Shown piece by piece: positions 26,134 to 38,677 of a stretch of DNA of 64,000 nt (the first letter of the stretch is position 1; each line of letters begins with the position of its first letter). The notes beneath the pieces were generated by a model. It was not told the origin of the DNA. It did no database searches and worked only from the letters and a program-made list of their open reading frames with translations. Position numbers and translations under genes: made by a program. Location of the stretch: contig NC_068989.1 of NCBI RefSeq assembly GCF_001194135.2, positions 96,466,476 to 96,530,475 on the forward strand, written 5' to 3'. This DNA comes from Octopus bimaculoides (taxonomy: Eukaryota).

Positions 26134-27069
26134 TTTTTGGGAATAACTTGAAGCACGCACAAAGTTATAAATAATAGCATGTATTATTTTTGATGTCAAC
26201 AACATACGTATATAGTCTGTGTGTTTGTGTGTGTATGCATAATCTCAATATGTATTTGTATGAGAATGAGAGGAAAATAAGCTATTTGTAAATTAGATTA
26301 TAATAAATGAGAAATATTCTATCAAAGATACTTTTACTATCTGTATACGATATCCATGTGTCCATGTTTTGTGTTGGTATAATTTTTGTTTGTGTATACA
26401 CACACTCACACACACAAACGTGTGTGTGTATTGGTAAGTGGCTGGGGACCAAAGCAGATTTATTATTTTATGACAGCAAACCGAATTTCATAAGCTTTGT
26501 TACAAAACCTAATCTGTGTTCTGTTATCGTATCTGTTTGAATCTTTATTTCAATATTTTTTGTTATGAACCAAAATTGGTTTCATACAATGAAGATTATG
26601 ATTGCCATTGTTTGTGCTGCTATTGTAATTATTCTGACTCCTGCTGCTGCTGCTGCTGCTCCTACTATTACTACTGCTATACTTACTGTTGTTTTGACAG
26701 ACAAAAAAAAACAAATAAATATGTTACATGAAATTGTAATGTGTGGAAGAAGAGATGTGAATGAGTTCAGAATGAATTTTATTCAGCTTCAGAATAATGT
26801 TCTCATCTTCAAGCACGGGAACATTTTGATGTCTGCTTTTTCACCAATTCTTGCATGGATCTGATGCAATTTGTTGAAATAGATTTTCTATGGCTTAATG
26901 CTCTTCCTCTTGTCAAACCCTTTTTGAGAAACGAACTACTTTCATTTGTGTTTTCAACACAAGCGGTTTAGTGGCCTGACATGTTTTCATTGCAGATTGC
27001 CAGTGAATGACACCACTTTCTTACAAGAGTAATGCACTGTATGAAATCAATGGGAAACTCTCATGCATG

Positions 27070-27122
27070 CACACATGTACATTAGCTCTCTCTCTCTCTC
27101 TCCCTCTCTCCCTCTCACCCTT

Positions 27123-27177
<55 letters not shown>

Positions 27178-27255
27178 AATCAATGTTGTCTGAACAGATG
27201 CATGGTGTGCCATACATCAGGTGTCAAAAGCAATATGATATGAGGTGTTTTGCTC
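27070..27255 (+). repeat. Interspersed repeat with internal (CT)n/(TA)n; inverted partner at 28630-28795
   Basis: gtacattagctctc...caaatcaatgttgtctgaacagatgcatggtgtgccatacatcaggtgtcaaaa versus the reverse complement of 28630-28795, gtacatcagctctc...caaatcaatgtttcctgaacaggtgcatggtgtaccacatatcaagtgtcaaaa. Confidence 0.8.
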
Positions 27256-27481
27256 AAGAACAGAATGGTGATGCCATGCTAACACTGATATAGACCATTA
27301 TCTTAAAAGTTAATAAGTAGCAAATTTTTTTAAAATTAATTTCATTTATTTCTCTTAGTTCTGAATTATCTGTACTTACCATTTCGAAAAAATGCCAAAT
27401 ATCTTTTATCATTGCTACTCCTCTATTTTCATTTTATATTGATTACTTTTCCATCAAACCAACTGAAGTGAATATGTATGC

Positions 27482-27512
27482 CTGATGAGACCTAACTAGT
27501 TTGAAACATATC
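27482..27512 (+). ncRNA. Degenerate hammerhead-ribozyme-like motif (PLE/retrozyme type)
   Basis: CTGATGA-GACCT-AACT-AGTTT-GAAA-CATAT. The CUGAUGA and GAAA cores are intact, and stem II is restored by two substitutions (AGGTC). Confidence 0.4.
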
Positions 27513-28139
27513 CATCACTTTTAACCACTTTACTTTAGAAACAAAATTTCTTACTGAACTGTTTTAATTCCTTAAATCTGGATTAATATTATTGAAGCTA
27601 CCTCACTTGTTAGTTTTTTTTTTAAGAAGACCCAAGGCATCCTGGCAATCAAGTATTTCAAATTAAACAAGACTGGCCTTGTTTAAGGGGAGTGTAGATA
27701 GCACTCCTCTGATACAAAGCCAAAACCTGGACTACAAAGAAGGTGCTTTTAGAAAACCCTGATGCTACATATATCAGGCTTTTCATGAGGGCTCAGTATA
27801 CCTCATAGCATGTGCACAAGACAAAAGAATAAATTTACAGACATATCCCACCCATCTCTACTATTGAATGCAGAATAGGCTTTGCTGGCTACTGCTATTA
27901 TGCTAAATAACAGTGGATACCAGATGTATTTTGGAGGCTTTTTCAGAGAATGAAATCCACTAAGCTGCATTGATGTTATTGGCAGAGAGAAACAACATGG
28001 AAGTGAGGACCAATCAAAAGCAATGGGACAATGTTGTGAAATGCAGGTTGGATGTGGCTGCTTTCAGAAGAAGAGATGGAAATAATTACAAAGGTGAGGG
28101 TCTGTTCCCTTGTATCCTTAGCATGGAGATACTTCTCTT

Positions 28140-28310
28140 CAGCTCAGTTGTCGATGGCTGTCTGGTTAAAAAGTTAACTTCACAACCATGTGCTTATAGA
28201 CTGAAACCTACTGTGTAGAACGTGGGCAAGTGCATACTATTTAACCCCAGGCCAACCAAAGCCTGTGAGTGGATTTGGTTGTTGGAAACAAAAAGAAGCC
28301 CATCATATAT
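28140..28310 (+). mobile_element. tRNA-derived SINE (family 1)
   Basis: ggttaaaaagttaacttcacaaccatg...aaagcctgtgagtggatttggttgttggaaacaaaaagaagcc. Confidence 0.75.
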
Positions 28311-29016
28311 GTAAATATTCACATCCACAGAAATATCATCTCATCTTCAGTCAAAGGTAAGATGTAGATATTTTTCCAAAAAGAAACATGACTCAGTTAT
28401 CATTTGTTTACCATTGCCAGAAAAAAAACTCACTGAGAAAGATTTTTTACAGTTGGATGCCCTTCTTGTTGCCAACCTTCACCAGTTTCCAAGTAAGTTT
28501 ATATTTCCCAAAGTCCTTTGAAGACAAACAGTAGAGGAGCCAAACATGCTTTTGTGGAAGACGGGGATCAACAAATGATATATTCACACAAGTATGTTGT
28601 ATATGTGTGTTTGTATGCATGGAAGCCACACACACTTCATATCCTTTGCAATCATTTTGACACTTGATATGTGGTACACCATGCACCTGTTCAGGAAACA
28701 TTGATTTGATGGAGAGAGAGAGAGGGAGAGAGAGAGGGAGAAAGAGAGAGGGAGAGAGAGAGGGAGAAAGAGAGAGAGAGCTGATGTACAACACATACAT
28801 TTAATTATTACAGATAAATCATTTGCGCAGGTTTGTTCAGCAAGAAATTACAGAACCATCTTTCTTGGACTATGAGAGACAACCATTTACCATTATATAC
28901 ATATCTGCAGAGTGGTTGATGTTAGGAAGGGCATTCAGCCATAAAAACTCTGCCAAAATAGACACAGTAGCCTAGGGTTGTCTTCTACCTGGTTGACTCC
29001 TGTCCAACCATGCCCG

Positions 29017-29061
<45 letters not shown>

Positions 29062-29071
29062 NNNNNNNNNN

Positions 29072-29117
<46 letters not shown>

Positions 29118-29696
29118 CTTGCTCTTCCCTCTGACTGGGTAACCAAGTATCTCTGGTACATCAGCACACCTGTTTCAGACCTCTTTCTTGTACCTCTCTC
29201 TCCCTCTCATTCTCTCCCTCTCATTCTCTCCCTCTCTCTCTCTCCCTCTCCCTCTCCCTTCCCCCCTCTCTCTCTCTTCTCTCTCTGGTTCTATAGCAAG
29301 ACATCTCTCTATTTCTCTGCCACATTCTAACCTTTCATCATTTCACACCAAATCACCTCCTCCAATACTCCCTCCATTATAGCAAGACACCTGTTTCTGC
29401 CTCTCTGCCCCTCTCTTTCATCCTCTGACACAAGATCCCCTCCTCAAATACCACCTCCCCGCTCTCAAAATTCCTTGTCTTGCAAATTACTTTGTGACCC
29501 TGCCAGTGCTGGTGCCACATAAAAAGCACTGAGTCCACTCTGCTGGGTGGCCAGTGTTAGGAAGGGCATCCAGCCATAAAAACTCTGCCAAAACAGACAC
29601 AGTCACCTGGGGTAGACTTCTACTTGGTTGGCTCCTGTCAACCATCCTACCCATGCATGCATAGAAGATGGACACTAAATGATGATGATGCTGATG

Positions 29697-29729
<33 letters not shown>

Positions 29730-30359
29730 TATATTTATATATGAGAAAGGGAGAGACCAAGAAAGATAGTTTGGGATAGAAAGTTTCTGCCTGAGTTTTG
29801 TGCTAATGTCTCAACCCTGCAGGAAATATTGAGACTCAAAATGTTAAGTTTGAATCATTTCGGCTGTCATAAAGTGTTAAATTATGAAACTAAACAAATC
29901 ACACAATATTTTGTTTGGAGCAAAAGAATTGTCTCATAGAAACGATATTGTGGAGTTCTTGAATCAATTATTTTGAAATTGAAAAGAAAATTTCTAACAC
30001 AAATTACTTCTTGATGCTTCAGAAAATATATTTTTTTTATTCAATCTTTTGTCTTTTTGAATGAAGATGATTAGAAAAAAAAGTTAAATACTCCACAAAA
30101 GAGAAACCAGTAGGTGTATTCCAAGAATACTTTTTTCTAGTGTGTTGGTGGTGGTGAGGGGCTGAGATGAAGAGATTCAGAGATCTTAATCCGTACAAGT
30201 ACTTTTCTAATGTGGTTTTTCTAACATTCTATTTTATTCAGATATTTCTCTCTCTCTCTCACTCTCACTAGTTTTCTCATTATCTATCTCAATCTCTTTC
30301 CCTCTCTCCCTCTCTGACTCTTCTCTCTCTCACTCTTCTCTCTCTCACTCTCTCACTCT

Positions 30360-30391
<32 letters not shown>

Positions 30392-30744
30392 TCTCTCAAT
30401 CTCTCTCTCTCTCTCTCTCTCTTCTCTTTTTTGCTTATTTTCCTCACAATTTTCCTTGTTATTTTCTCTTCTTTGCTCTCTCTTTCTCTCTCTGTTTCTA
30501 AATCTCTTTTTTCACTGCTCTTTCCCTCTCTCTCTCTTATTTGCTCTCTCTTTCACTCATTTTAATTATTTTTACCAAATTTCATTCTCTTTTATTTTTT
30601 TTTCCTCTTTATACGTATTATTTCCAAAACAAATTTTTATGAATTGCTAAAGGGGAATGACTTAAACTCTATGGAAAAAATAAAATATGATAAAATCAAT
30701 GCAACAAACCAAATTACTTTAATCTGAACAATTTTTTCCAATCT

Positions 30745-31140
30745 GATACTATGGTATTTAGTGTTTAAGAGTGTCTTTTGGTAGAGTTACCAAAGGTTTG
30801 TTGATTACGGGTACAGTTATCATTCTTAGATGCCATAATTTTGAGACCTGTTTTTTTTTTTAAATATCTAGTCTATTATTTTGGAGAGCTTGATCAGTTT
30901 GAACACTAAAGTCCCAAAGAATGGTGGTGCCTTTATTTTCTGCTACATTGGCAGGTTTATGTTTCCACTTGTTCTTCTCATATGGGAATTCAAACTGATG
31001 GCATAAGAACCTGTGCCAATACTGACTAAGTCTATCATGGAGATTAATATATTCATTTGAGACTACCATCCAGAGAGGAAATGGTCATTTGTAGTTTCTA
31101 ATGAGCAGACACTGATACTGAGCTACTATAATGATGCACA
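30745..31140 (-). mobile_element. R4/Dong-type LINE 3' fragment (RLE domain)
   Basis: EYINLHDRLSQYWHRFLCHQF...ILWDFSVQTDQALQNNRLDI, then KLWHLRMITVPVI. It starts immediately after the (TAA)n at 31146-31185. Confidence 0.88.
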
Positions 31141-31141
31141 C

Positions 31142-31184
<43 letters not shown>

Positions 31185-31185
31185 G

Positions 31186-31727
31186 AGTGAGTGAGAGAGC
31201 AGTGCATGCCATCAAAGTGACACTGGGGTAAAATATTCGAAGCCCAGTATACCCATTACGACTACCCGTCTGATAAGAGTAACCAGGCACATGCATCACA
31301 ACCATATGTACGCAACATGGTGATCTCATATCAAGAGAAACAGCACATGACCTTGTAGGTGGATCCCAGTTAGAATTTTCTTCAGGTCGAGTAGCCCATC
31401 CTGCTCAAAAGGTCCCTGAATAAGGTTTGTTTAAGGATGTTGAGCAAAACACCCATGTTTCCAAATGTGAATTATTCAAACCCCAAAGAATTCCTCTCAA
31501 CACACACGTGGCTATAATGCTCCCCCACTACTTCTGCTCATGAGCAGAGATGTACATATCGTCAGCCACCAAGGGACATGCTTAACTAGTTAAGGTCAAA
31601 TAACTGACAAGCAAATCTGTGGTATTGAGCAAAATATTTGCTGTAGCCCATCTTTTATACCAAGACAAAACAATGTACATGGTAACACTTCCAATCAGTT
31701 AAGATCAGAAGCCATGAGAGCCACTGT
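31186..31727 (-). mobile_element. About 540-bp non-coding TAA-tailed interspersed element
   Basis: Ends in ...ctctctcactca-(ATA)n on the minus strand. A second, partial copy with the same end and tail lies at 50777-51000. No ORF homology is visible. Confidence 0.75.
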
Positions 31728-31739
31728 CAAGAAAACTCA

Positions 31740-32240
31740 CAGCTTATTTTGTGGATATTATGGGAAGTGTCAGCTGTCCACAGCCAGCAGACTAATGTGA
31801 TATTTGTTTACTGGTCATGCTTCAAGAACCTTGCAAAGAATTCTTCCAATTCCAAGCATTGCTGATTTTTGTAGACGTTCTACCTTCACACTGGCACCAA
31901 TCTTTTTCAGACATGTTGGTGCTGATACTTCCAAATGCCCCAATTACTATTGGTATCATGTCTACTCTCCTCATTGACCACAACCTTCGCATTTCCCACT
32001 TCAAATCGTCAGAGTTGTTTACTTTTTCTTCTTCTTTCACATCGATCCTGTTGTCGCCGGGGCATGCTGTGTCGATTATCATACATGTTCTTTCTTTTTT
32101 ATTCACCACAACAATGTTCAGTTTCTGATGTCTGGTCAGGTGATTGCACTGAATCATTGCATCCCACAGGACTTTGTAATTCTCATTCTCAGGGACTCCT
32201 TCTGGAGTTTTCTCATACCACGTCTTCGCTCTTTGTACAG
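31740..32240 (-). mobile_element. R4/Dong-type LINE 3' fragment (RLE domain)
   Basis: KTWYEKTPEGVPENENYKVLWDAMIQCNHLTRHQKLNIVVVNKKERTCMIIDTACPGDNRIDVKEEEK...IPIVIGAFG (decayed PD..D..K RLE motif). Confidence 0.9.
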
Positions 32241-32254
32241 AGCTCCCAATGTAT

Positions 32255-33505
32255 CATTATTATTATTTTCTCTTTATTACAGGTTTTGTTGGAGCTCCTG
32301 GAGTCTTACATGCATAGCAGGCTTGTTATCTGCAGCCTCCGGTACCATACCATTCGTTCTTTTCGGCTATTTAATACTTTCCTGATTATTCTGGCCGTGC
32401 CAAGGAGGCAAACCTTTTGTAACAGTTCTACTGGACTCTCTATTCCAGTTTCCTTTATAATTTTCTTGATGCCTTCTGATACTGTTCCCAAGGACCCAAC
32501 AATAATTGGCACTATCTTCACCTTCTTCATTTTCCATAGCCAGGCTTTTTCGTACTTAAGACAGTTATATTTATTTTTTCACCTTCCTTCTTGACCATTC
32601 ATGGGTCAAAGAGGCATGCAGCATCAACTACACAGCATATGTGGTGCACCTTGTCCTCCACCATTAGGTCCGGTCTGTTATGTTCTAGCACCAGATCTGT
32701 TTGGATTGGGAAATCCCAGAGGATTTTGCTAGTCTCCGACTCTGCCACTCTCTGCAGTTTGTGCTCATATTATGTCTTGTCTCTCTCTAACCCCCCCACT
32801 TTTCACACAGTTTCCGATGTAGCACTTTCACTATCTGATTGTGTTTCCACAACTTGTTGTGGTTTTGGGCAAGTCTTGGGTATTCGTTCATGATACGGTC
32901 AATGGTTTTGTCCACTCTGTTGCAGATGCGGCACAGCAGAGACACTTGTTCATTCCTAAGGTTGACCCTCCAGTTCGTGGCCAGAGCTTGGTCATGCATT
33001 GCCAGTATATAGTGCTCTCGGTCTCTTTTTTTAGGGTTCCTTTCATCAGCCAATCCCATCTATTTTTTTCCAGCAACCTCTGCTGTGGTTACATAGAATT
33101 GATTGTATAGTCCCTTCTTTGGTAATTCTTCTTCATGTCCTTTTTTGTACTTCTTCCTTTGTTTTCCCTTTTTTTCTCTGCTCTCAATACTCTTTCATTC
33201 CTAACTAACATTAGCAAGGTTTCCTTACTTGGGGCTAGATATCATCTCATTAAGCTTTTGAGTTTGATACGTACGCTGTCTTCCACACTTATCAGTCCCC
33301 TTCCTCCATTTGCTCTCTTCATGCATAGGCAATCAGTGTCTGCACATGGATGATGGACTCCATGCATCATTGAGAGCTTTCTTGACTTCCTATCCATCTT
33401 CTTTTACTCTTCTTCTGTCCACTTCAGGATTCCAGCATCATGCAAACTACTGTGACTGCATGCAAGTTTATTGCCAAAATTATGTTTCTAGCATTCAGCT
33501 TTGAT
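32255..33505 (-). mobile_element. R4/Dong-type LINE, 5'-truncated, decayed
   Basis: SKLNARNIILAIN..., HHPCADTDCLCMKRANGGRGLISVED, LKKETESTI, LCRICNRVDKTIDRI (CCHC remnant), VPIIVGSLGTV...CLLGTARIIRKVLN, followed by a 3' UTR and a short TAA tail. Confidence 0.92.
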
Positions 33506-33527
33506 GCCTATTATTATTATTATTATT

Positions 33528-33562
<35 letters not shown>

Positions 33563-33574
33563 TATTATTATTCA

Positions 33575-34170
33575 TTTATTTATCTATTTATTTATTTTCC
33601 ACTTGATTTCCATTTTATTTCACTTTCTGGCCAGATCTCAACCAAAGACTTAATACATTTTAACCTTACTGACAAACAGTGATTTTCGTCACTACTTTTG
33701 ACAGATTCACTGCAACAAGCTTGAAGGAGTCTCTCTCTACCCTCATTTAGTTGGGCTGGGCTGGTCACCAACTCAGTATTTCTTTCATACTCAGTCACCC
33801 ATGTTCTAATTAAGACACCATCTCTGGAGGCATTGCTGACCAAGGCTAAAGAGGTACCCTCACCCCATAAAGTAGACTTAAACTCACCAGAAGCCAACCT
33901 GGTCTCGGGATGGGATTACAGGCTCCATGCCTTATCCAACAGTGACCTGAAGGTAGTTGTGGTTATGGGTAACTTCATTATTTCCTGTCTTTAAGGGGCA
34001 AACATTCTGTAGAAACTCTACAGAACGTTCTATTCCAATCTCCTTCAGCCATCTGTTTCTATCTTTACGCACAGTTCCTTTTTTGACCATTCCAACTGCT
34101 TCTACAATCATTGATATTCTAACTGTCTTGTGATGCCAAATTGTTTTGGACTTCAATGAGGAAATATTAG
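33575..34170 (-). mobile_element. R4/Dong-type LINE 3' end plus probable UTR
   Basis: KTIWHHKTVRISMIVEAVGMVKKG...EIGIERSVEFLQNVCPLKTG, followed downstream by a (TAA)/(TGA) array at 33510-33575. Confidence 0.7.
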
Positions 34171-34324
34171 TTTGAGATTTGAACTCAGAACACAATCACG
34201 AAGCTGATTATTGTCAAACAATTATCGGTTGCTTTATTATCTCAAATCGTGTCATTGCTGACTTTTCTTTTCTTTCTTATATTTGAACACTTGATTAATT
34301 ATGAATCCTCTAGATAGATTCGAT

Positions 34325-34360
<36 letters not shown>

Positions 34361-35904
34361 GAGACTGTGAAAGAGAGAAAGAGAAAGAGTGAGAGAAATG
34401 ATTTTTATTTTCATTTTTAGTCTTCAAGTTCAGAACAGATATCTTCCTTCTTTGTATTTCAGTTTTGATATGTTAACTCTTTACTTTCTTTTGAATAAAT
34501 ATTATTTCTAAATTGATTAAAATCCATGTGAGAAGCCACAGCAGGTCACATACAGCCTTTGAGCCATACGTTGTGCAAAATTTGGTTTATAATTCTATCA
34601 ACTCTACCATGCTAATTAACCAATTGTGTGCAACAAAAGTGAACCAGTCACTTCAGAATTTCAGTTGGAAACTAACATATCTGAGGTATTCTTTCTATTA
34701 TACGGAATCAGCTGATACCCACCACCACCGCTGCCACTCTTCCAGTGGTGGTGGTGGTGATGGTGGAGGATTAGAACTTACCTTTAATGTAACAATAACG
34801 ATTTAACCTGTTGTTCATTGTCACTCGAGAACCTCTAATGCAATCTTGCCAAAAAAATTATTCAGATCTATTTTATGTTTGGGATTAATTACTTTCATAT
34901 CTTAAGATTTCTAATTAATGGTGACAACTAAAATTTAAATAATAAATGATGTTTCTGTAATGAAAAAGCTCTTTTATCATTCTGTGAACTTTTGAAAAGG
35001 AAAGCAAAAATGACAACCAAATCTAATCTATCTTTTTTGAGAGAATTAAATCATTTATTGTTTGTTTCTAATGAGCCAAAAAATACTACCAGCTTCATCT
35101 TCACTTTCCTTATCTCTTGTATTATTTTCATATTTGTTTTTCAATCACTAAATGGTATGTGTATAGCTGTGCTCTGTTACATCCTTGCATATGTCATAAT
35201 CCTATGTTTATTTCAAATACAAAACCCAACTTAATATTTTGGTTTATTATAACAATCTCTGCCTTAGCTGATTAAAAATCTTTGTAACCCTTTTTCCAAG
35301 TGTAAAATTACTGAAGACTTCTGAAGATGTTTCTACTCACATTGCTGAGCAGTAAAGGTCCAATAAGATTGAAACCTGCCTGTTACAGTCACTCTCTCCA
35401 CTAACAGACATCAGATTTTCCCTTAAACATGAGAATTAATTTTTTCAAATCTTTTTATTCTGTTACGGGTTCCAATCAAACTGGCATTGCTGGAACACCA
35501 CTTTGAAAGGTTTAATTCAAATTAAAGCCAGTATTAAGTTTAGAACTTATTCTATAATTTTGTTTTTGCCGAGTGGCTAATGTATGGGGACATAAGCAAA
35601 CCAACACCATTTGTCAAGCAATAAGAAACAAACACAACAGACATGCATGTGCGTGCATGCACATATGACAAGTTTCTGTACAATTTCCATCTACTAAATT
35701 CACTCACAAGGTATGAGCCAGCCCAGTGCTATGGTAGAAAACACTTGCTCAAGGTGCCACAAAGAGCTGAATAAATTTAATAGAAATAATATCCAAGGAA
35801 TTCTATTCTTTGATCTTTCTTCACCTTTCAATGGTTTCTTTACCCATTCACTTTGCCTTCACTAACTTTTAACATATTAGAATTTTGCTCCCAAATAATG
35901 GCTT

Positions 35905-36085
35905 CTGACTTAGCTACAAGGTCAGCACTTTTGAGGGGAAGGGATCAATCAGTTTCATTGACCCTAGCACTTGACTGGTACCCTAACCCTAACCCTTAAC
36001 AACCCCAACAGGATGAAAAGCAAAGTCAACCTTGATGGGATTTGAACTCAGAGCAAAAAGTGATGGAGCAAATATTGCAAATTCC
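35905..36085 (-). mobile_element. CORE-type SINE
   Basis: ggatgaaaagcaaagtcaaccttgatgggatttgaactcag is the reverse complement of the ctgagttcaaat...gttgactttgc...tcatcc core. Confidence 0.75.
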
Positions 36086-36406
36086 CTATTCCACTGCCCA
36101 GACAATTCAACCAGTTCTCTTCTCTCTTCTCTCAATCAACTTCAAAACCCAATTGTAATTTACTATGTACCCTAAAGCTCTTTTGTTGAAATGAAATTTT
36201 CCATTTTTTTCTCTCCAAAGAGAGACTTAATCACTGCTGGTTGCATAAACTTTTAGGCAAAACTCGAAATCCCAGCATTAGCCCCTAACTAATATTACAA
36301 AGAAATTTGACTTTGCTTTTAGTATTGAAGCCCCATCTTGCTTTAGTAAATGTTCTATCATTATCTTGTAATTCCTTTAAAATGAAACCTAAAAGTTAAC
36401 AATTGT

Positions 36407-36475
<69 letters not shown>

Positions 36476-36936
36476 AGACCTTGAAGTTTCTGCCTACCAA
36501 ATCCCACTCACATGGAACTAGTTAAACCTAAGACTACAAAGCAAAAACTTGTACAGAATTGTACTAGTTCTGTACAATGAGATTGAACTCAGAAATATAC
36601 AACTGCAAAGCAGACCTCTTAACTACTTGGCTAATATGCTTCTCTTTGTATTTTTGAAGAAAATACTTCAATGAACTTATTCAGTTCTTGTAGCCATCAA
36701 ACATGTGTCCAGAACTTCTCGTGAAATATTTTTGATGATCCTATTGGAAGGAAGTTATGTAAGACAACCAAGGAAGAGATGAAAAATGGTGAAGAGCATT
36801 CAGCCATGCCAAAGGTTGTTGACATTGGAACATGATGCAGCCCTGTGGCTTGCCAAATCCTGTAGAACCACTCAACCCATCTGACCATTGAAAACAGACA
36901 TTAGTTGATGATAATGATGATACTGGTGATCACTCA

Positions 36937-36987
<51 letters not shown>

Positions 36988-37254
36988 CCACTTTCACATA
37001 CCATGACTACCATTGGGATCGATCAGGTACCAAACAAGGATTCTGGATTATTTTTCTGGCATTTTTATTTAATTTCTGAGAGCGGCTGGGTTCATTTTTA
37101 GTATTCTCGTTTGTGAGAGCAGTTTAATTCATTCTTATTTTAAAGATATTCTCATTTTAAAGATCATCTCTGGCTAATCGTTGAGAGGACGTTGGTGTTG
37201 CCTTGGCAAAGGGTTGTGCCCTCTGAGTGCTCTTGTTGTTATTATTATTATTCC

Positions 37255-37445
37255 GGTGGCAAGTTGATACAATTGTTACTATGCTGGGCAAAATGCTTTT
37301 TGAGTTCAAATTTCCGCTGAGGTTGACTTTGCCTTTCATCCTTTCATGGTCAATAAATTAAGTACCAGTTATGCTCTGGGGTTGATATAATCAACTAGTT
37401 CCTTCCCAAAAAATTTCGGGCTTGTACTTTTAATAGAAAGGATTA
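37255..37445 (+). mobile_element. CORE-type SINE
   Basis: gagttcaaatttccgctgaggttgactttgcctttcatcctttcatggtcaataaattaagtaccag. Related copies at 39995-40135, 48455-48630(-), 59170-59295(-), 61005-61095 and 62075-62285. Confidence 0.8.
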
Positions 37446-38677
37446 TTTTTATTATTATTAGTAGTAGTAGTAGCATCATTACTATCATTCCATTGTTGTT
37501 ATTGTTGTTGATGCGAGCTTTCTCTTTATACCTCATTCTGACATTTCTCAAAAGTGTCTTAATTAAAATTGTCCTGAAAAACTTTAGCAAAACTGAAAAA
37601 AAAAAGGTATTCTTTATTATTATTTTTATTTATTAATTTGTATTTTACGAAATTTTAGACTCATTCTTCAGCCTTTCTTCTTCAATTAATTAACTTCCCC
37701 ACTCCTACACATTTGTTCCAAGAGAAAATGTAATTAAAACATTTTATTCTCACTTTTTCAAACACATGCATGCACATGCACACACATATATGAACATGTG
37801 TGCATGTGTGTGTCCATATATATTTATACCTATGTATGTGTACATGTCTGTGTGTATGCAAATATATATGCATATATATGTATATAAATGCATTACATAC
37901 TTACACATGGGTACATATGCATGAATCCATTTACATATGTTCATAAACTTGCACACACACACACAAACTCACACATCTATATGCACGACATGTATACACA
38001 TAAATACATACATGCCTAGTAAGCACATTGAGTGAGGTATATACACACACATGCAAGTAAAACTTTTTTAAACACTTCATTAAGCTCTCTGTTCTCTCTT
38101 GACATTTTTTCCTGCTTTTTAATAATTGCTTATTGTTCATTATAGCCCCTGACAATCTCTTCTGAGCATGCTTTGACTATTCTCCATTTTGTTCTCACTT
38201 TTATGACATTGTTGTTATTGTTTATTAAGATTGTCCATAATTAAATCCCTGATTATATCGTTGTATGAAATGGTCAGCAGGGCCATTGACAAGGGAGACA
38301 ACTTCTGAACTGAAAGAGCCAACGGTGCTGTGTGTCAAGGTTGCACTAAATGGCCATTGTTGCTCTCAACACTTAGCCTTTTCCTTTCTTTGCCTTCCTT
38401 GTGTAGATATGAATGGGCACACGGGGGGGGGGGGATGGCCATGAGAAGATTGCTTTGAAAAGTGCATGGAGCTGAATACAATCTCACCATGCAGCACTTT
38501 ATGCAACTCTCTTCTAACCCTAACCTCAGCTTCACCAATGTAGATTGACAGACAGACAGGTCAATATATAGATAGGTAAATATAGACAGGTAAATATATA
38601 GATAGATACACAAATGCAGAGAGAGAGAGAGAGAGAGAGAGATTTGTTGTGAGTGGTAGTTTAAGTCTGAATTGTGA

